Positions 46,321 to 56,360 of a stretch of DNA of 64,000 bases are shown in pieces; position 1 is the stretch's first letter; every line of letters starts with the position of its first letter. The stretch is taken from the IMG/VR virus record IMGVR_UViG_3300042922_000982, positions 64,001 through 128,000 of that record. One strand, written 5' to 3'. Position numbers and translations under genes: made by a program. The DNA comes from a virus. A model generated the notes under the pieces. That model made no database searches. It was not told where the DNA came from and saw only the letters and a program-made list of their open reading frames with translations.

Positions 46321-47505
46321 TTACTCGGCGATCGCCCCGCTCTCGTCGGTGGGGGCCGCCGCCGGGGCGTCCGGGGCGTCCGGCGCCTCGCCCTTGGCCG
46401 CGCGGGCGCGGCGCTTCTCCTCGAGGGTGAGCGGGCGCTCGTGCCCCTTGCGGATCAAGCAGGTGTAACAGGCGTTGCAGCGCTGGCGCGCCACCACCTT
46501 GTCGTGCCCGCAATTGCCGCACACCACCCCGGCCGCCGATTGGCGCGGCGCCTTCGGCTCCTTGGCCGCCTTCGGCTCCTTGGCGGGCTTGGGTTCCTTG
46601 GCCGCCTTGGGCGCCTTCTCCTTCTTGGGGGCGGGCGCGGTGCCGTCGGGCGTGGTCCAGGTGGCCTTGCCCTTGGCCGGGGCGGGCGCGGTGAAGGGCT
46701 GTTCGATGACCGGCACCATCTCGCCGGTCGCTGCGTAGGGGCCGCTGGCCTTCTTCGGCTCGGCGATCGCCGCTTCGGCCGCCTCGCGGGTGGGGTAGAA
46801 GTTGTGGGGGCCGGGCACCTCGGCGTTCACGTACAGCGGCACCACGATCGTCTGGCCGTCGACCTCGTCGTGGCAGTAGCCGATCGGCTCGCGCTCCACC
46901 ACGCCCATGTCGGTGGCGATCGCCTCAAGGGCCGGGCCCTCGGCGGTGGCCAGGTGGGCATCCTGGGCGGCCTGGTGCGACGCGATCGCCAGGTCGGCGC
47001 CCGCCTGCTCGGCCGGGGTGGGGAAGGCGTCGGCCTGCAACTCGGCCTCGGAGAGCGTGGTGTCCTCGGCGTGGGGCGGGGTCGCCATGGCCGCGAGGGC
47101 CGCCTTGTTCTTCTTGCTGCGCACGGCCACCGGCTCATCGGCCGCCGGGGCCGCCTCGGGCTCGGCGATCGCCGCCTTGGCCTTCTTGGCCTTGGGGGCC
47201 GGGGCCTCGGTGTCGGCGGGCTCGTCGGCGTCGGTGTAGGCGGGCAGGTCGAGCACGTCGGCGAGATCCGGGTGCTTCTCGGCCATGATCACGCCGTAGG
47301 CGGTCGCGTAGGTGTTGTCGATGCTGACGTTGTAGTGCGTGCGCAGGTGCTTGAAGATGCCGCGCGGGGAGAGCTTCTGGCCCTCGGAGGCGGCCTGGAT
47401 GGCGCATTGGGTGAACTGGTTGGCGACCTTGGGGTTGCGGTCGTTGTAGCGCGCCACGTAGGCGCGGGATTCCTTGGTGATGGTGATGGCGTTCTGGGTG
47501 ACCAT
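46321..47505 (-). CDS. protein with N-terminal helical domain, A/P/K-rich linker and C-terminal GATA-like Zn finger
   Basis: GGAGAACCCC RBS; CGNC..CNACY..G.ERPL. Confidence 0.75.
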   Translation of the reverse strand: MVTQNAITITKESRAYVARYNDRNPKVANQFTQCAIQAASEGQKLSPRGIFKHLRTHYNVSIDNTYATAYGVIMAEKHPDLADVLDLPAYTDADEPADTEAPAPKAKKAKAAIAEPEAAPAADEPVAVRSKKNKAALAAMATPPHAEDTTLSEAELQADAFPTPAEQAGADLAIASHQAAQDAHLATAEGPALEAIATDMGVVEREPIGYCHDEVDGQTIVVPLYVNAEVPGPHNFYPTREAAEAAIAEPKKASGPYAATGEMVPVIEQPFTAPAPAKGKATWTTPDGTAPAPKKEKAPKAAKEPKPAKEPKAAKEPKAPRQSAAGVVCGNCGHDKVVARQRCNACYTCLIRKGHERPLTLEEKRRARAAKGEAPDAPDAPAAAPTDESGAIAE

Positions 47506-47627
47506 TGACGGGGTTCTCCTCTCGGTGTATAGTGGGGCCTTGCAACCTTTCCATGGCGGAAAGGCAGCGGTTCTCCGTAGGGCCTGGGATCTTGGCGGTT
47601 CCCTTGCCCGAAGAAGATGGGTCGGTT

Positions 47628-47894
47628 TCACCGGCCCTTTTTCTTTGACCATTTCCTGATGCGGCGCTCCGCGCGCTCGCGGCGCGCCGCCTCCCGCTTC
47701 TCGGCCCGGCGCTCGGCCCGATTGCGTGCGGCGCGGCGCGCAGCCTTCGTGGGCGGCTTGGGGAGGGCGATCGCCGGGGGCGTGAGCACATAGCTCGCAG
47801 GCACCGCCAGCGCCTGCGTCACCACCCGCTCGACCCAGGCCATCGCGGCCTTGAAATCGAGGCCCAGCGCGGCGGCGTCCGGCCGGTGGCTCAC
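47628..47894 (-). CDS. small basic protein
   Basis: GTGA overlap. Confidence 0.55.
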   Translation of the reverse strand: MSHRPDAAALGLDFKAAMAWVERVVTQALAVPASYVLTPPAIALPKPPTKAARRAARNRAERRAEKREAARRERAERRIRKWSKKKGR

Positions 47895-48115
47895 TTCTTC
47901 TTGCCGCGCTGGCTGGCGCGGGCCTTGCGGGCGCGCTTGCCCGCCTGTCGTGCCTTGCCCTTACCGCGCGGCACACCCGCCCCGGCGCTGGGGGCCCGGC
48001 GCTCAGCGTAGACCGGGCGGCTGGCCAACGGATCGCCCATGGCCAGCGCGAGCGTGCCGAGCACGGCCAGCGACAAGGTGGGGCTCTGCTGGTAGGCGGG
48101 GGGCGTGTTCATCAT
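47891..48115 (-). CDS. small basic protein
   Basis: GGAGAACACGCCATG start. Confidence 0.6.
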   Translation of the reverse strand: MMNTPPAYQQSPTLSLAVLGTLALAMGDPLASRPVYAERRAPSAGAGVPRGKGKARQAGKRARKARASQRGKKK

Positions 48116-48351
48116 GGCGTGTTCTCCAGGCCGTTGTAGGCGATCGCTATCGGGAAGGTCTGGTCGGGGGCGCCGGTATGGCTGAAGTAGGGCACCTCGC
48201 GGTGGCCGATGCGCACCACCCCGCGCTCGCTGCACGAGCCGTCCGGGTGCACGCGGCGCTCACGGCACTCGACGGCGATCGCGGGCGGCAGGGTGAAGGC
48301 TGGCGCGCCGGGAATCACCGGCTCGTCGTGCACGGCGGGCCCACTACGCAT
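48112..48351 (-). CDS. hypothetical protein
   Basis: AAGGA RBS, overlaps neighbours. Confidence 0.6.
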   Translation of the reverse strand: MRSGPAVHDEPVIPGAPAFTLPPAIAVECRERRVHPDGSCSERGVVRIGHREVPYFSHTGAPDQTFPIAIAYNGLENTP

Positions 48352-48745
48352 AGGGGCCGTCCTTCTCCATCGGCAAGCTGGCTATGAGCGCCTGCGCGAT
48401 CGCCATGGCCTCCATGGCCGCCATGCGGGCCAGGCGCGGGTTGCCGCGCATCCCGCTTTCAAGCAACGTCTGAACGGAGGGGTGCAGCGACACCAGCGGC
48501 TCGCCGTGCATCATGGCGTGGAGCGTGGTGCCCGCCTCCACCTTCAGCGGAATGATGGGCATCTGCTGCATCTGCCGGGCCATCTCGGCCGTGTGGCCCG
48601 GCGGCGTGGGCAGGGGCAGCGAGAAGGGGGCGCGGCGCACCGTCAAGGGGCGCGAGATGTGCGGGTGCTCGGTGAGCATGTGCGTCTCGTAGTCGGCGGC
48701 CGAATCGGCCACCTGCTTGCAAGACGGGCACCGGAAGCTTGGCAT
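48344..48745 (-). CDS. C2H2 zinc-finger protein
   Basis: AAGGAGAACCGCCATG; CPSC-x12-H-x4-H; TACAAT -10 near 48786. Confidence 0.7.
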   Translation of the reverse strand: MPSFRCPSCKQVADSAADYETHMLTEHPHISRPLTVRRAPFSLPLPTPPGHTAEMARQMQQMPIIPLKVEAGTTLHAMMHGEPLVSLHPSVQTLLESGMRGNPRLARMAAMEAMAIAQALIASLPMEKDGPYA

Positions 48746-48902
48746 GGCGGTTCTCCTTGGCGGTGGGGTTGTCGAATTGACGAGCATTGTAGCGGAAAGA
48801 CGAGCCGCCGGGAAGTCCCTGCGGTGAGGGTTTCCCGGCGGCGGCGCCTTCGTTCTAGTCGTTGCGGGCGATCGCCCGATTGTGACGAATTAGTCCGTCA
48901 GA

Positions 48903-49397
48903 TCAGGTGCCGGGGGGCGTCTGGGGGACGCCCCCGCGCCGATCGGCATCGAACACCCAGTCCGGGGTGCTATCGAGCCGCAGCCGGGGCGCCTCGCGGT
49001 ACGGGTCGGCCTCGTGGAGCGCCTGCACCTGGAAGTCGATGTTGCGCCGGTAGCGGTTGGACAACTGGCGCGATTGCTTGAGGTTGTCGTAGGCCCGGCG
49101 GTGCTCCCACGCCTCGGAATCGTTGGCGGCGCTCGTGATGGCCGAGCGCACGCGCACGTCCGTCACGCCGGGGATCCCGTAGAAGCGGGCCATCTCGTCG
49201 TCCTCGAGGACGACGCGTATGTCGAAATCGCGCGGCTGGGCGTCGGTGAGCGCCCCGCCGACCAGGTACACGGGCGCGCCGTAGCGCGCGGCGATGCTGT
49301 TCGCCTGGCGCCGGAACTTGAGGGCGAACCAGGTGTGGGCGGGGATGCCCTCGTCGGGGGCGGCGGGGGCGGCGGGGGTTGTCGTCTGGGGGTCCAT
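48903..49397 (-). CDS. minimal nucleotidyltransferase (Pol-beta superfamily)
   Basis: VYLVGG..RDFDIRV..IDFQVQ motif. Confidence 0.75.
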   Translation of the reverse strand: MDPQTTTPAAPAAPDEGIPAHTWFALKFRRQANSIAARYGAPVYLVGGALTDAQPRDFDIRVVLEDDEMARFYGIPGVTDVRVRSAITSAANDSEAWEHRRAYDNLKQSRQLSNRYRRNIDFQVQALHEADPYREAPRLRLDSTPDWVFDADRRGGVPQTPPGT

Positions 49398-49401
49398 GGG
49401 G

Positions 49402-49629
49402 CTACCTCCGGATCAAGCGAATGGCCAGGGCGGCGATATCGGCGCCGTAGGCCGCCAGGCTCAGCACGGTGTCTTTGTCCAGGGGGGCGTCGGCGCGGGC
49501 CATGGCGTCCGCGCGGGCGGCCACCGCCTTGGCGGCCGAGGCGATGCTGTTGAGCACCCCGCGCTGGGCGATCGTCGCGTTTCGGGCGTCCTCGGCGCGG
49601 GTGGTGGGGTCGTGGGGGTTACTGGGCAC
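49402..49629 (-). CDS. hypothetical protein
   Basis: AAGGAGG RBS before GTG. Confidence 0.65.
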   Translation of the reverse strand: MPSNPHDPTTRAEDARNATIAQRGVLNSIASAAKAVAARADAMARADAPLDKDTVLSLAAYGADIAALAIRLIRR

Positions 49630-50191
49630 GGGCGGCCTCCTTGCGGCGTTGCATGAGGATGTCGGACACGGCCGTGGCGCACACGAAGGTCGCCTGGCCG
49701 CACTTGTGGGCGCGAATCTGGCCGCGCCGGATGCGGCAGTGAAGCCCGCTCTTGGTGTAGCCCAGCCGCTTGGCCGCCTCGGCGATCGGCAGCGCGGGCC
49801 ACGGGGGCGGGGCGTACTCGGCGCGCAACTTGTCCGCGTCGGCGGGGTCGAGGAACAGGAACTTGCCCTCGCCCGTGAGCGTGAAGCCGCGCCGCTTGAT
49901 CAGGCCGTTGAGCCCCCACGGATTCACACCCAGCTCGCGCGCCAGGTGCCGCACCGGGACGCCGTGGCGGTTGGCCTTGATGCCGTAGCGATCGCAGGCG
50001 CCGTAGAGCGCGCGCAGGTTGACCACGATGCCCCAGCGCTCGGCGAGCGTCTTGAGGATCACGCTGTAGTGCTCCAGCCCGTACACATCGGTCAGGTAGT
50101 CGCGGGCCTCCTGGCACCACGGCGCGCGCTTGCCCGTAGACTTGGGCCCGATCGCGCGCGGGCGGCTCGGGATGTTGTCCTTAACCGGCAT
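49619..50191 (-). CDS. multi-HTH DNA-binding protein (C-terminal excisionase-like HTH), paralog 3
   Basis: LARELGV; IAEAAKRLGY..IRRGQIRAHKCG. Confidence 0.8.
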   Translation of the reverse strand: MPVKDNIPSRPRAIGPKSTGKRAPWCQEARDYLTDVYGLEHYSVILKTLAERWGIVVNLRALYGACDRYGIKANRHGVPVRHLARELGVNPWGLNGLIKRRGFTLTGEGKFLFLDPADADKLRAEYAPPPWPALPIAEAAKRLGYTKSGLHCRIRRGQIRAHKCGQATFVCATAVSDILMQRRKEAARAQ

Positions 50192-50822
50192 GGGATACCT
50201 CCTTGGCCTTCGCCCGCTTGCGCCGCATGTGCTCGCGGCCGATCTCGCGCGTGCGCGCCCGCTGAATTTCGGGATCGCGCTCGGCGTACGCCCGCTGGGC
50301 CGCGCGGTTGGCGATCGCCTTGTCGGACACCGCCGTGGCGCACACCACCCAGGCGAAGCCGACCTTCTGCCCCTTGAGCCGCCCCTGCCGCAGCATCAAG
50401 ATGATCGCGGAGCGGGTGTAGCCCAGGCGGCGGGCGGCCTCTTCGGCCGTCATGTGCGGGTAGGTGGGTCGCGCGTACTTGGCGCGCAACATCTCGGCGA
50501 CCTCGTGGGTGACGAAGCGGTACTTGCCGCTCCCCCGGACCTCGTGCCCATGGCGACCCAGCCAGTTGCGCAGCGCCGGGGCGGCCACCCCCAACTCGGC
50601 TGCGAGGTCGGCGACGCAGGGGCCGTGACGGCCGTGCGCCGTGATGCCGAACCGGCGGGCCGCGCCCTCGACCGAATCGCGCGTGGCGCGGATGCCGTAG
50701 AGCTGGCGCAGCGATCGCGCGATGTCCACGGCCAGGCGCAATCCGTAATGCTCGATCAGGTAGTCCTTGGCCTGCGGGTGATCATCCCACATGACGTGGC
50801 CCTTGGGGCGGTTGCCGGGCAT
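50181..50822 (-). CDS. multi-HTH DNA-binding protein, paralog 2
   Basis: LAAELGV; TAEEAARRLGY..LRQGRLKGQKVG; AAGGAGG RBS. Confidence 0.8.
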   Translation of the reverse strand: MPGNRPKGHVMWDDHPQAKDYLIEHYGLRLAVDIARSLRQLYGIRATRDSVEGAARRFGITAHGRHGPCVADLAAELGVAAPALRNWLGRHGHEVRGSGKYRFVTHEVAEMLRAKYARPTYPHMTAEEAARRLGYTRSAIILMLRQGRLKGQKVGFAWVVCATAVSDKAIANRAAQRAYAERDPEIQRARTREIGREHMRRKRAKAKEVSHAG

Positions 50823-51433
50823 CAGCGGGCCTCCTTTCCTGCGATCGCCAGCTCGCGCTGCCGGGCCATGAGGATGTTCGACACGCCCGTCGCGCAGATG
50901 TGCACCGTGCGCCCCACCCGCGCGGCCTTCAACTCGCCGCGCGCCACCATGTTCATGATCGCGTCGCGGTGGTAGTGCAGCCGCTTGGCGGCCTCCTTGA
51001 GCGGGATGGTCGCGAAGGCGGGCTTGCGGTAGTGCGCGCGCACCTGCTCGGCCAACTCGTCCGGAATGATGCGGTGGCGCCGTTCGCTGCGCGTGGCGGC
51101 GGCCGGGCCCCCGAGCTTGAGCAGCGTGCGGTTCATGCACGGCACCGAAATGCCGCACTCGCGGGCCAGCATGGCGCCCGTCAGGCCGTAGCGCCGCGAC
51201 TTGATGCCGTAGCGTTGCGCCACGCCGTTGAGCGAGGCCGTCTCGACGTGCAGGCCCCAGCGGGCCTTGATCTCGGCGCACAACTCCGGGCCGGGCCGCG
51301 TGCCGTACTGGTCGATCACGAAATCGAGCAATCCGGGCACGCTGCGCCACCGGACGTAGGCGCAGGGCTTGCGCTTCTTCTTGGCGGCGGGCTCGCGCGT
51401 CTTTCGGGCGGGCTTGGCGGGGTTGGGGATCAC
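50822..51433 (-). CDS. multi-HTH DNA-binding protein, paralog 1
   Basis: LARECGI; LKEAAKRLHY..VARGELKAARVG; GGAGAACCGCC RBS before GTG. Confidence 0.8.
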   Translation of the reverse strand: MIPNPAKPARKTREPAAKKKRKPCAYVRWRSVPGLLDFVIDQYGTRPGPELCAEIKARWGLHVETASLNGVAQRYGIKSRRYGLTGAMLARECGISVPCMNRTLLKLGGPAAATRSERRHRIIPDELAEQVRAHYRKPAFATIPLKEAAKRLHYHRDAIMNMVARGELKAARVGRTVHICATGVSNILMARQRELAIAGKEAR

Positions 51434-51918
51434 TTGGCGGTTCTCCTCTCGTACAGGTGCGCGGCGCCAAACGGGACGCACGCGCTGGCGTTGCGGCTGC
51501 ACATGTAGCCGGTGTACGCCTCGGCGTAAGGGGTTGAATGGACACAGGTGGCGCACGGGGCCGCCACCTCGGGCTCGGCCTGCGCCTCGGCGGCGGCGAT
51601 CGCCTCCATCTCGGCGAGGGACGGGGGCGGCGGGCCCACGTCGCGCAACTTCTTCCCGCGCGGCTCGTAGCGGGGGTCGGACACGTCGAGGACGTAGTAC
51701 CCCGGCACGCACGTCTCGCAGCGGTTCGCCCCGTAGTAGGGCGGCCAGAACCGCACGGCGCACTCCACGCACGAGACGCGCGTGCCGGGCGGCGGCGCAC
51801 CCGGCGATCGCCGCCGCCGGATCGCCTTCCCGCCCGGATTCTTCAGCGACGGCTTCGTCAGGGCCACGCCCCGGCCGATCGCCGCCGCCACGATGTAGTC
51901 CTTCGCGTCGCGCAGCAT
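51430..51918 (-). CDS. Cys-rich protein
   Basis: CVEC, CETC, CATC..C..C. Confidence 0.7.
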   Translation of the reverse strand: MLRDAKDYIVAAAIGRGVALTKPSLKNPGGKAIRRRRSPGAPPPGTRVSCVECAVRFWPPYYGANRCETCVPGYYVLDVSDPRYEPRGKKLRDVGPPPPSLAEMEAIAAAEAQAEPEVAAPCATCVHSTPYAEAYTGYMCSRNASACVPFGAAHLYERRTAK

Positions 51919-51921
51919 GGG

Positions 51922-54675
51922 CTACCGCCGCGTCACGCTCGGGGCGGGCGTGCCCGGCTCGTGGAGCAGGGCCGCCCCGCGCGGGCCGCACGCGCTCGCG
52001 TTGCGCAGGCACTCGAACCCGGTATAGGCGTCCGCGTTGACCCTGGCATTCGCGCAGGAGCCGCATTTCTCCACGGCGGGGTCGCCGGAGGACTGACGCC
52101 TCGGCCCGGCGGGCGCGCCGGGCTTGCTGGCCATCGTGGGGGCGTTGGCGGGGGTGTCTCGCAGCGGGGTGGTCTTGGGGTTCTCCCGATCGGCGATGCG
52201 GCAGGGCGTGCAGATGCGCTGGTTGGCGCTGCCCTTGCGCTCGAAGTCCTGCTCGCAGCGCAGGCACGGCGGCAGCGCCCGCTCCTTCTCGTCGGCCGCG
52301 CGGCACTCCGGGCAGACCAGCTCGCGGCCGACCGGGGTGTAGGGCTTCTGGCAATCGCGGCGCTTGCAATTGCGCGGATCGAGCACCCGCTTGTAATTGT
52401 CCGCCGGGGCGCGCTTCGCCTGCACGGCGGGCACCACCGCCTCCACGACCGGATCCGGCGCGGCGATCGCCTTGTCACGGGCGGCGGCCTCCGCCGTGAT
52501 CGTGTCGCGCGCCCGGCAGGCCAAGCACGGGCCGGGCGCCGCGACCGAGTTCTCGCACGTCGGCGTCGCGCACCCGTACCGCACCGGCTCCTTCGGCTCG
52601 GGGGCCGCCTTCGGCTCGGGATCGGGCGTCACCTTCGCGGGGGCCTCGGTGACCTGATCCTCCAGGCACGGGCCGCACACCGTCCGGCCGTCCGACGGCT
52701 GGGCGGGGAACGAGCCGCCGCACATGGCGCACTCAATCGCCACGAACACCTCGTACGCGGCGGGGAGCTTGCCGTCGGCTACCGCGCGGTCGTACGCCTC
52801 GGCCTTCGGCAGGTATTTTTTGAGCGCCCGGCCCTGCGCCTCGGCGTTGATCTCCAGGTTGGACACCTCGGTCTTGAGCGCGTCACGCTCGGCGTTCGCC
52901 CGGCGGATGCCCTCCTCGGTGGCCTCCACCCGGTCGGTCAGCACCCGGTACGCCTGGGACACGTTGTCGGCGATCGCCCCCTCGGCGCGCCACACCAGGC
53001 TGGGGTCGATGCGATCGATGGCGCCGCCCACCGCCGAGAGCGTCTGCGTGGCCTCCCGCCCCCGGTGCACCCCGGCCTCGAGGACCTGGATGACGTTGAG
53101 CACGTTGTCGGCGAACGAGGTCGTGTTGTCCCAGGGCTGCTGCGTGTTGGCGATGACGTAGGCGCGCACGCGGTCCTGATCGGCACCCAGCCGGGCCAGT
53201 TGCCCGCCCGCGACGATCGCCTTGATGTTGGCGAGGAAGCCCTGCTCGTCGTCCCACACGGCGCCCAACTCGCGGAACCAAGCCGACACCGCCTCGATCG
53301 CCTCGATGCGCTCGGATAGGTACGCCTCGTCGGCCTCCACGGCGCGCAGCTTGACGTTGATCTCACGGGTGAGGCCCTCTAGCTCGGCGATCTTGGCCTC
53401 GGTTTCCGGGCTGGCGCCCGACGCCTTGAGCGCGGCCACCTGGCCGGACATGCGCTCGTAGTCGGCCGTTAGCTCGGTGTAGCCGATGATCAAGGTGTGC
53501 AGGTTGTCCCATAGTTCCTGCCCCTCGTCGTAGAACCCGGCCAGGCGCATGGAGGCCGCCACGTCGTTTCCGGCGTTGTGCAGCCGCTTGATGGTCTCCT
53601 CCTGGGCCAGGACCCGCTCGGCGTTGTGCTTGCCCTCGTCGCGGTAGCGCGCGCACTGAATCTTGAGGCTCTCCACGATCGGGAGCTTAGTGACGGGGTC
53701 GAGCTGCCCCTCGGGGTTCTCGGCGATCGCCTTGTGCGCGTCCGCCAACTGGAAGGTCAGGTCCTCGTTGAGCCCCTCCACCTCGCGCAGCCGCACCTTG
53801 GCGCGCTCGCACTGGTCGACGACCGCGTGGTAGGCCCGCGTCTGCTCGGCGAGCGCGCGCTCAAGATCGTCGCGCTTGGCCTGGCTCTCCTTGAGCGATT
53901 CGCGCAGCCCGTCCTCGCGGGTGATCGGGCCGGGGAAGCCGCCCTCCACGAGCCCCGCGAGGCGATCGCCGTGCGCCTGCTTGGCCCGCTCGGCCTCCAA
54001 CTGGGCCTGCACGTCGGATAGCTCCATGCGCAGGTGCGCCAGGTCCTTGGCGCCCGGCGTGTGCCCCCAAATTTGCAGGCGCATATCGAGGTCCTTGCAC
54101 TCGCGCCGCGCGGCCTCGAGATCCTGGTGCAGCCGGGTGATGGCCGCCACCGCCGCCGCCGTGGGCGTGACGCCCAGGTTGTCCACGAGCCCGGCGCCTG
54201 CGATCGCCCGGTGAATGGCCGCCGTGATGCCGGGCAGGGCCGCCTCCTCGGCCGCGCGCAACTCGTCGTGGCAAATGGCCAGCTCATGGCGCAGGAGCGC
54301 GATCGCCTCGGTCTCGTCGGCGGCCAGGGCCGCGCCCGCGATCGCCAGCTCGTCGATCAGGCTGCGCAGGGCGTGCAGGGTGGCCTCGATGGGCCCCTCG
54401 GCGGTGGCGTCGGGCGCCCATGGGATGTCGTGCGCCGCGCAGAGCGCCCCGATCCGCTTGAATCCCTCGTCGAGGGTGGCGATCGTCTGGCGGGCGGCGG
54501 TGGTGAGGGAATCGTCGGGCTTGTGGCGCGCGTTGCGGCGCAGCACCTCGACCTCTTTTTCACGCAGGGCCAGCTCGGCGGTGAGATCCGCGATCGATTG
54601 GGCCTGATGGACGGCGAGATCACGCCAGCGGGGCGTGAGGACGCCCTCGCGATCGGTAGGGACCAGATGGGACAT
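51922..54675 (-). CDS. long coiled-coil protein with multiple C-terminal Zn ribbons
   Basis: AGGAG RBS; heptad-rich first ~680 aa; many CxxC pairs; TGcTACCAT -10 near 54792. Confidence 0.85.
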   Translation of the reverse strand: MSHLVPTDREGVLTPRWRDLAVHQAQSIADLTAELALREKEVEVLRRNARHKPDDSLTTAARQTIATLDEGFKRIGALCAAHDIPWAPDATAEGPIEATLHALRSLIDELAIAGAALAADETEAIALLRHELAICHDELRAAEEAALPGITAAIHRAIAGAGLVDNLGVTPTAAAVAAITRLHQDLEAARRECKDLDMRLQIWGHTPGAKDLAHLRMELSDVQAQLEAERAKQAHGDRLAGLVEGGFPGPITREDGLRESLKESQAKRDDLERALAEQTRAYHAVVDQCERAKVRLREVEGLNEDLTFQLADAHKAIAENPEGQLDPVTKLPIVESLKIQCARYRDEGKHNAERVLAQEETIKRLHNAGNDVAASMRLAGFYDEGQELWDNLHTLIIGYTELTADYERMSGQVAALKASGASPETEAKIAELEGLTREINVKLRAVEADEAYLSERIEAIEAVSAWFRELGAVWDDEQGFLANIKAIVAGGQLARLGADQDRVRAYVIANTQQPWDNTTSFADNVLNVIQVLEAGVHRGREATQTLSAVGGAIDRIDPSLVWRAEGAIADNVSQAYRVLTDRVEATEEGIRRANAERDALKTEVSNLEINAEAQGRALKKYLPKAEAYDRAVADGKLPAAYEVFVAIECAMCGGSFPAQPSDGRTVCGPCLEDQVTEAPAKVTPDPEPKAAPEPKEPVRYGCATPTCENSVAAPGPCLACRARDTITAEAAARDKAIAAPDPVVEAVVPAVQAKRAPADNYKRVLDPRNCKRRDCQKPYTPVGRELVCPECRAADEKERALPPCLRCEQDFERKGSANQRICTPCRIADRENPKTTPLRDTPANAPTMASKPGAPAGPRRQSSGDPAVEKCGSCANARVNADAYTGFECLRNASACGPRGAALLHEPGTPAPSVTRR

Positions 54676-54866
54676 GCTTGGATGGGGCTCCTGCGACGGT
54701 GCCCCGGTTGCTACGCGGGACACAGGGGGAGGGGACAACGCCCGGCGATCGCGGAGGTGGGCCGCGATGGGGGCCGGGCAACGGGGTCAACATGGTAGCA
54801 CAAACCAGCCCCCGCGCCCGTTAAGCGTTATAAACCGACACCGGGCAAGCGGGCTATGCGATGGGC

Positions 54867-55943
54867 CTATGCGTCGAAGGCCGTCCGCGTCCCGTACATG
54901 GTCGCGTCCCGCTCCTGCGCCTCGGCCTGCGCCTGGATATCGGCGAGCTTGGCCTTCATCTCGTCCCAGGCGGTGGCCCCGGTGCGATCGCGCACGGCTT
55001 CCACGCTCTCGACCGCTGCGCGCACCTTCTCGATGGTCATGCCGGGCTGCCGGGCGATCGCGAAGACCCGCTCCTCGCTGAGCGTCATTCCGGCGGGCTG
55101 GGGCGCCACCGACACCGCCTTGGCCATGGCCGCCGCGTACCCGTCCGCGCCCTTCTGGTACGCCGTGATCACGGCCTCGAACATGCGAAAGAACGCCTCG
55201 CGCGCCTCATCACCGATCGCCGCCGGTTGAGACTGTGTCTCCTGCGCCGGGGGCTTCGAGCGCTCCCCGACCATGCGCGCGCGGTTGGCCTCGTGGATGC
55301 GGGCCTCGGTGTGATCGATGAGCGCGAAAAACGCCGAGTGCCGGTGCCGGGGCTCGGCAGGCGGCGCGGCCACGGGCTCGGCGATCGCCTGCGCGCGATC
55401 ATCGGCGATTCGCCCCACCATGCCGCCGGGCACGGGCTCGTCGGCGCCGCGCTCGACCGTGGTGCCGTCGTAGGTGTAGACGAAGCCCGCCACGAGCCCC
55501 ATGCTGTCGAGCGAGGCGGCCAGGGGCGTCGGCATGACGGTGTAGCCCCGGTTCGTGGCCTCGTGCCATTGGCCCAGGTGGAAGCCGCCCGCCGTGGTGT
55601 GCGCGCGCACCCCCACCTGCGGCTCGGGCCAATCGATCAGCACCGAGCGCCGCGTGGCGATCGCCGCCTTGCGCCCCCACCAGGCCGGGCGCCTGAATTG
55701 CGGCCAGCGGGGAGCCGGGAGCCTGAGCGCCCAGCCGAGCGCGCCCCTGAGCTTGCCGTCCAGCTTGCCCTCGACGCCCCACTGGATGCCCCAGGCGAGC
55801 GCGATGATCACGCCGTTGATCGCCATGTTGGCGACGAGCGTCGGCGGGTGGATCTTGAGCACGGTCGGCAGGGCGATCAACGTGCCTGCGGTGATGCCGA
55901 TGGTGACGGGCCAGCCGATGTTGGGGACGAATTTCTTGGCCAT
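54867..55943 (-). CDS. membrane-anchored hypothetical protein
   Basis: two hydrophobic N-terminal segments; GGAGAACCGCGCCATG. Confidence 0.75.
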   Translation of the reverse strand: MAKKFVPNIGWPVTIGITAGTLIALPTVLKIHPPTLVANMAINGVIIALAWGIQWGVEGKLDGKLRGALGWALRLPAPRWPQFRRPAWWGRKAAIATRRSVLIDWPEPQVGVRAHTTAGGFHLGQWHEATNRGYTVMPTPLAASLDSMGLVAGFVYTYDGTTVERGADEPVPGGMVGRIADDRAQAIAEPVAAPPAEPRHRHSAFFALIDHTEARIHEANRARMVGERSKPPAQETQSQPAAIGDEAREAFFRMFEAVITAYQKGADGYAAAMAKAVSVAPQPAGMTLSEERVFAIARQPGMTIEKVRAAVESVEAVRDRTGATAWDEMKAKLADIQAQAEAQERDATMYGTRTAFDA

Positions 55944-56012
55944 GGCGCGGTTCTCCTCTGGGGCGGGGCCCCCTGGTTGGCGGTGGAGTGCGGTTGCTTG
56001 CAGGCGATGGTA

Positions 56013-56336
56013 CTACAGGCGGATCTGGATGGGCAAGTTGCACGCCGGGCACGGCGCCACCTTGGCGGTCACCTCGACCGTGACGTAGCCCTTGTGGTGC
56101 GGGCAATACACGTCGCGGGTGCGGGGCATCGCCGTGGCGGGCGCCTCCTCGCGCCGCTTGGCGATCGCCCGGCGGGTGTAGTCGACCATCATGTCGGCGG
56201 TGTGCTGCGCGTCGAGCCGCACGGGGTCCATGGCCGGGCCCGGCGGCAGGCCCTCGATGACGTCCGCGCCGCCCTGCTCGTAGCCGATCACGAACGCGTC
56301 TAGTTGATCCAGGGTGTAGTCGGGGGGAATTTGCAT
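56013..56336 (-). CDS. small protein with copy of the terminase C-terminal Zn ribbon
   Basis: AGGAG RBS; CPHH..CPAC. Confidence 0.75.
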   Translation of the reverse strand: MQIPPDYTLDQLDAFVIGYEQGGADVIEGLPPGPAMDPVRLDAQHTADMMVDYTRRAIAKRREEAPATAMPRTRDVYCPHHKGYVTVEVTAKVAPCPACNLPIQIRL

Positions 56337-56360
56337 GGGGGTCTCCTGCTATGCCGGGCC

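Noticed and set aside
51922-54675. SMC ATPase or tape-measure protein
   Set aside because: Coiled coil only, with no Walker motifs and no tail-gene context.
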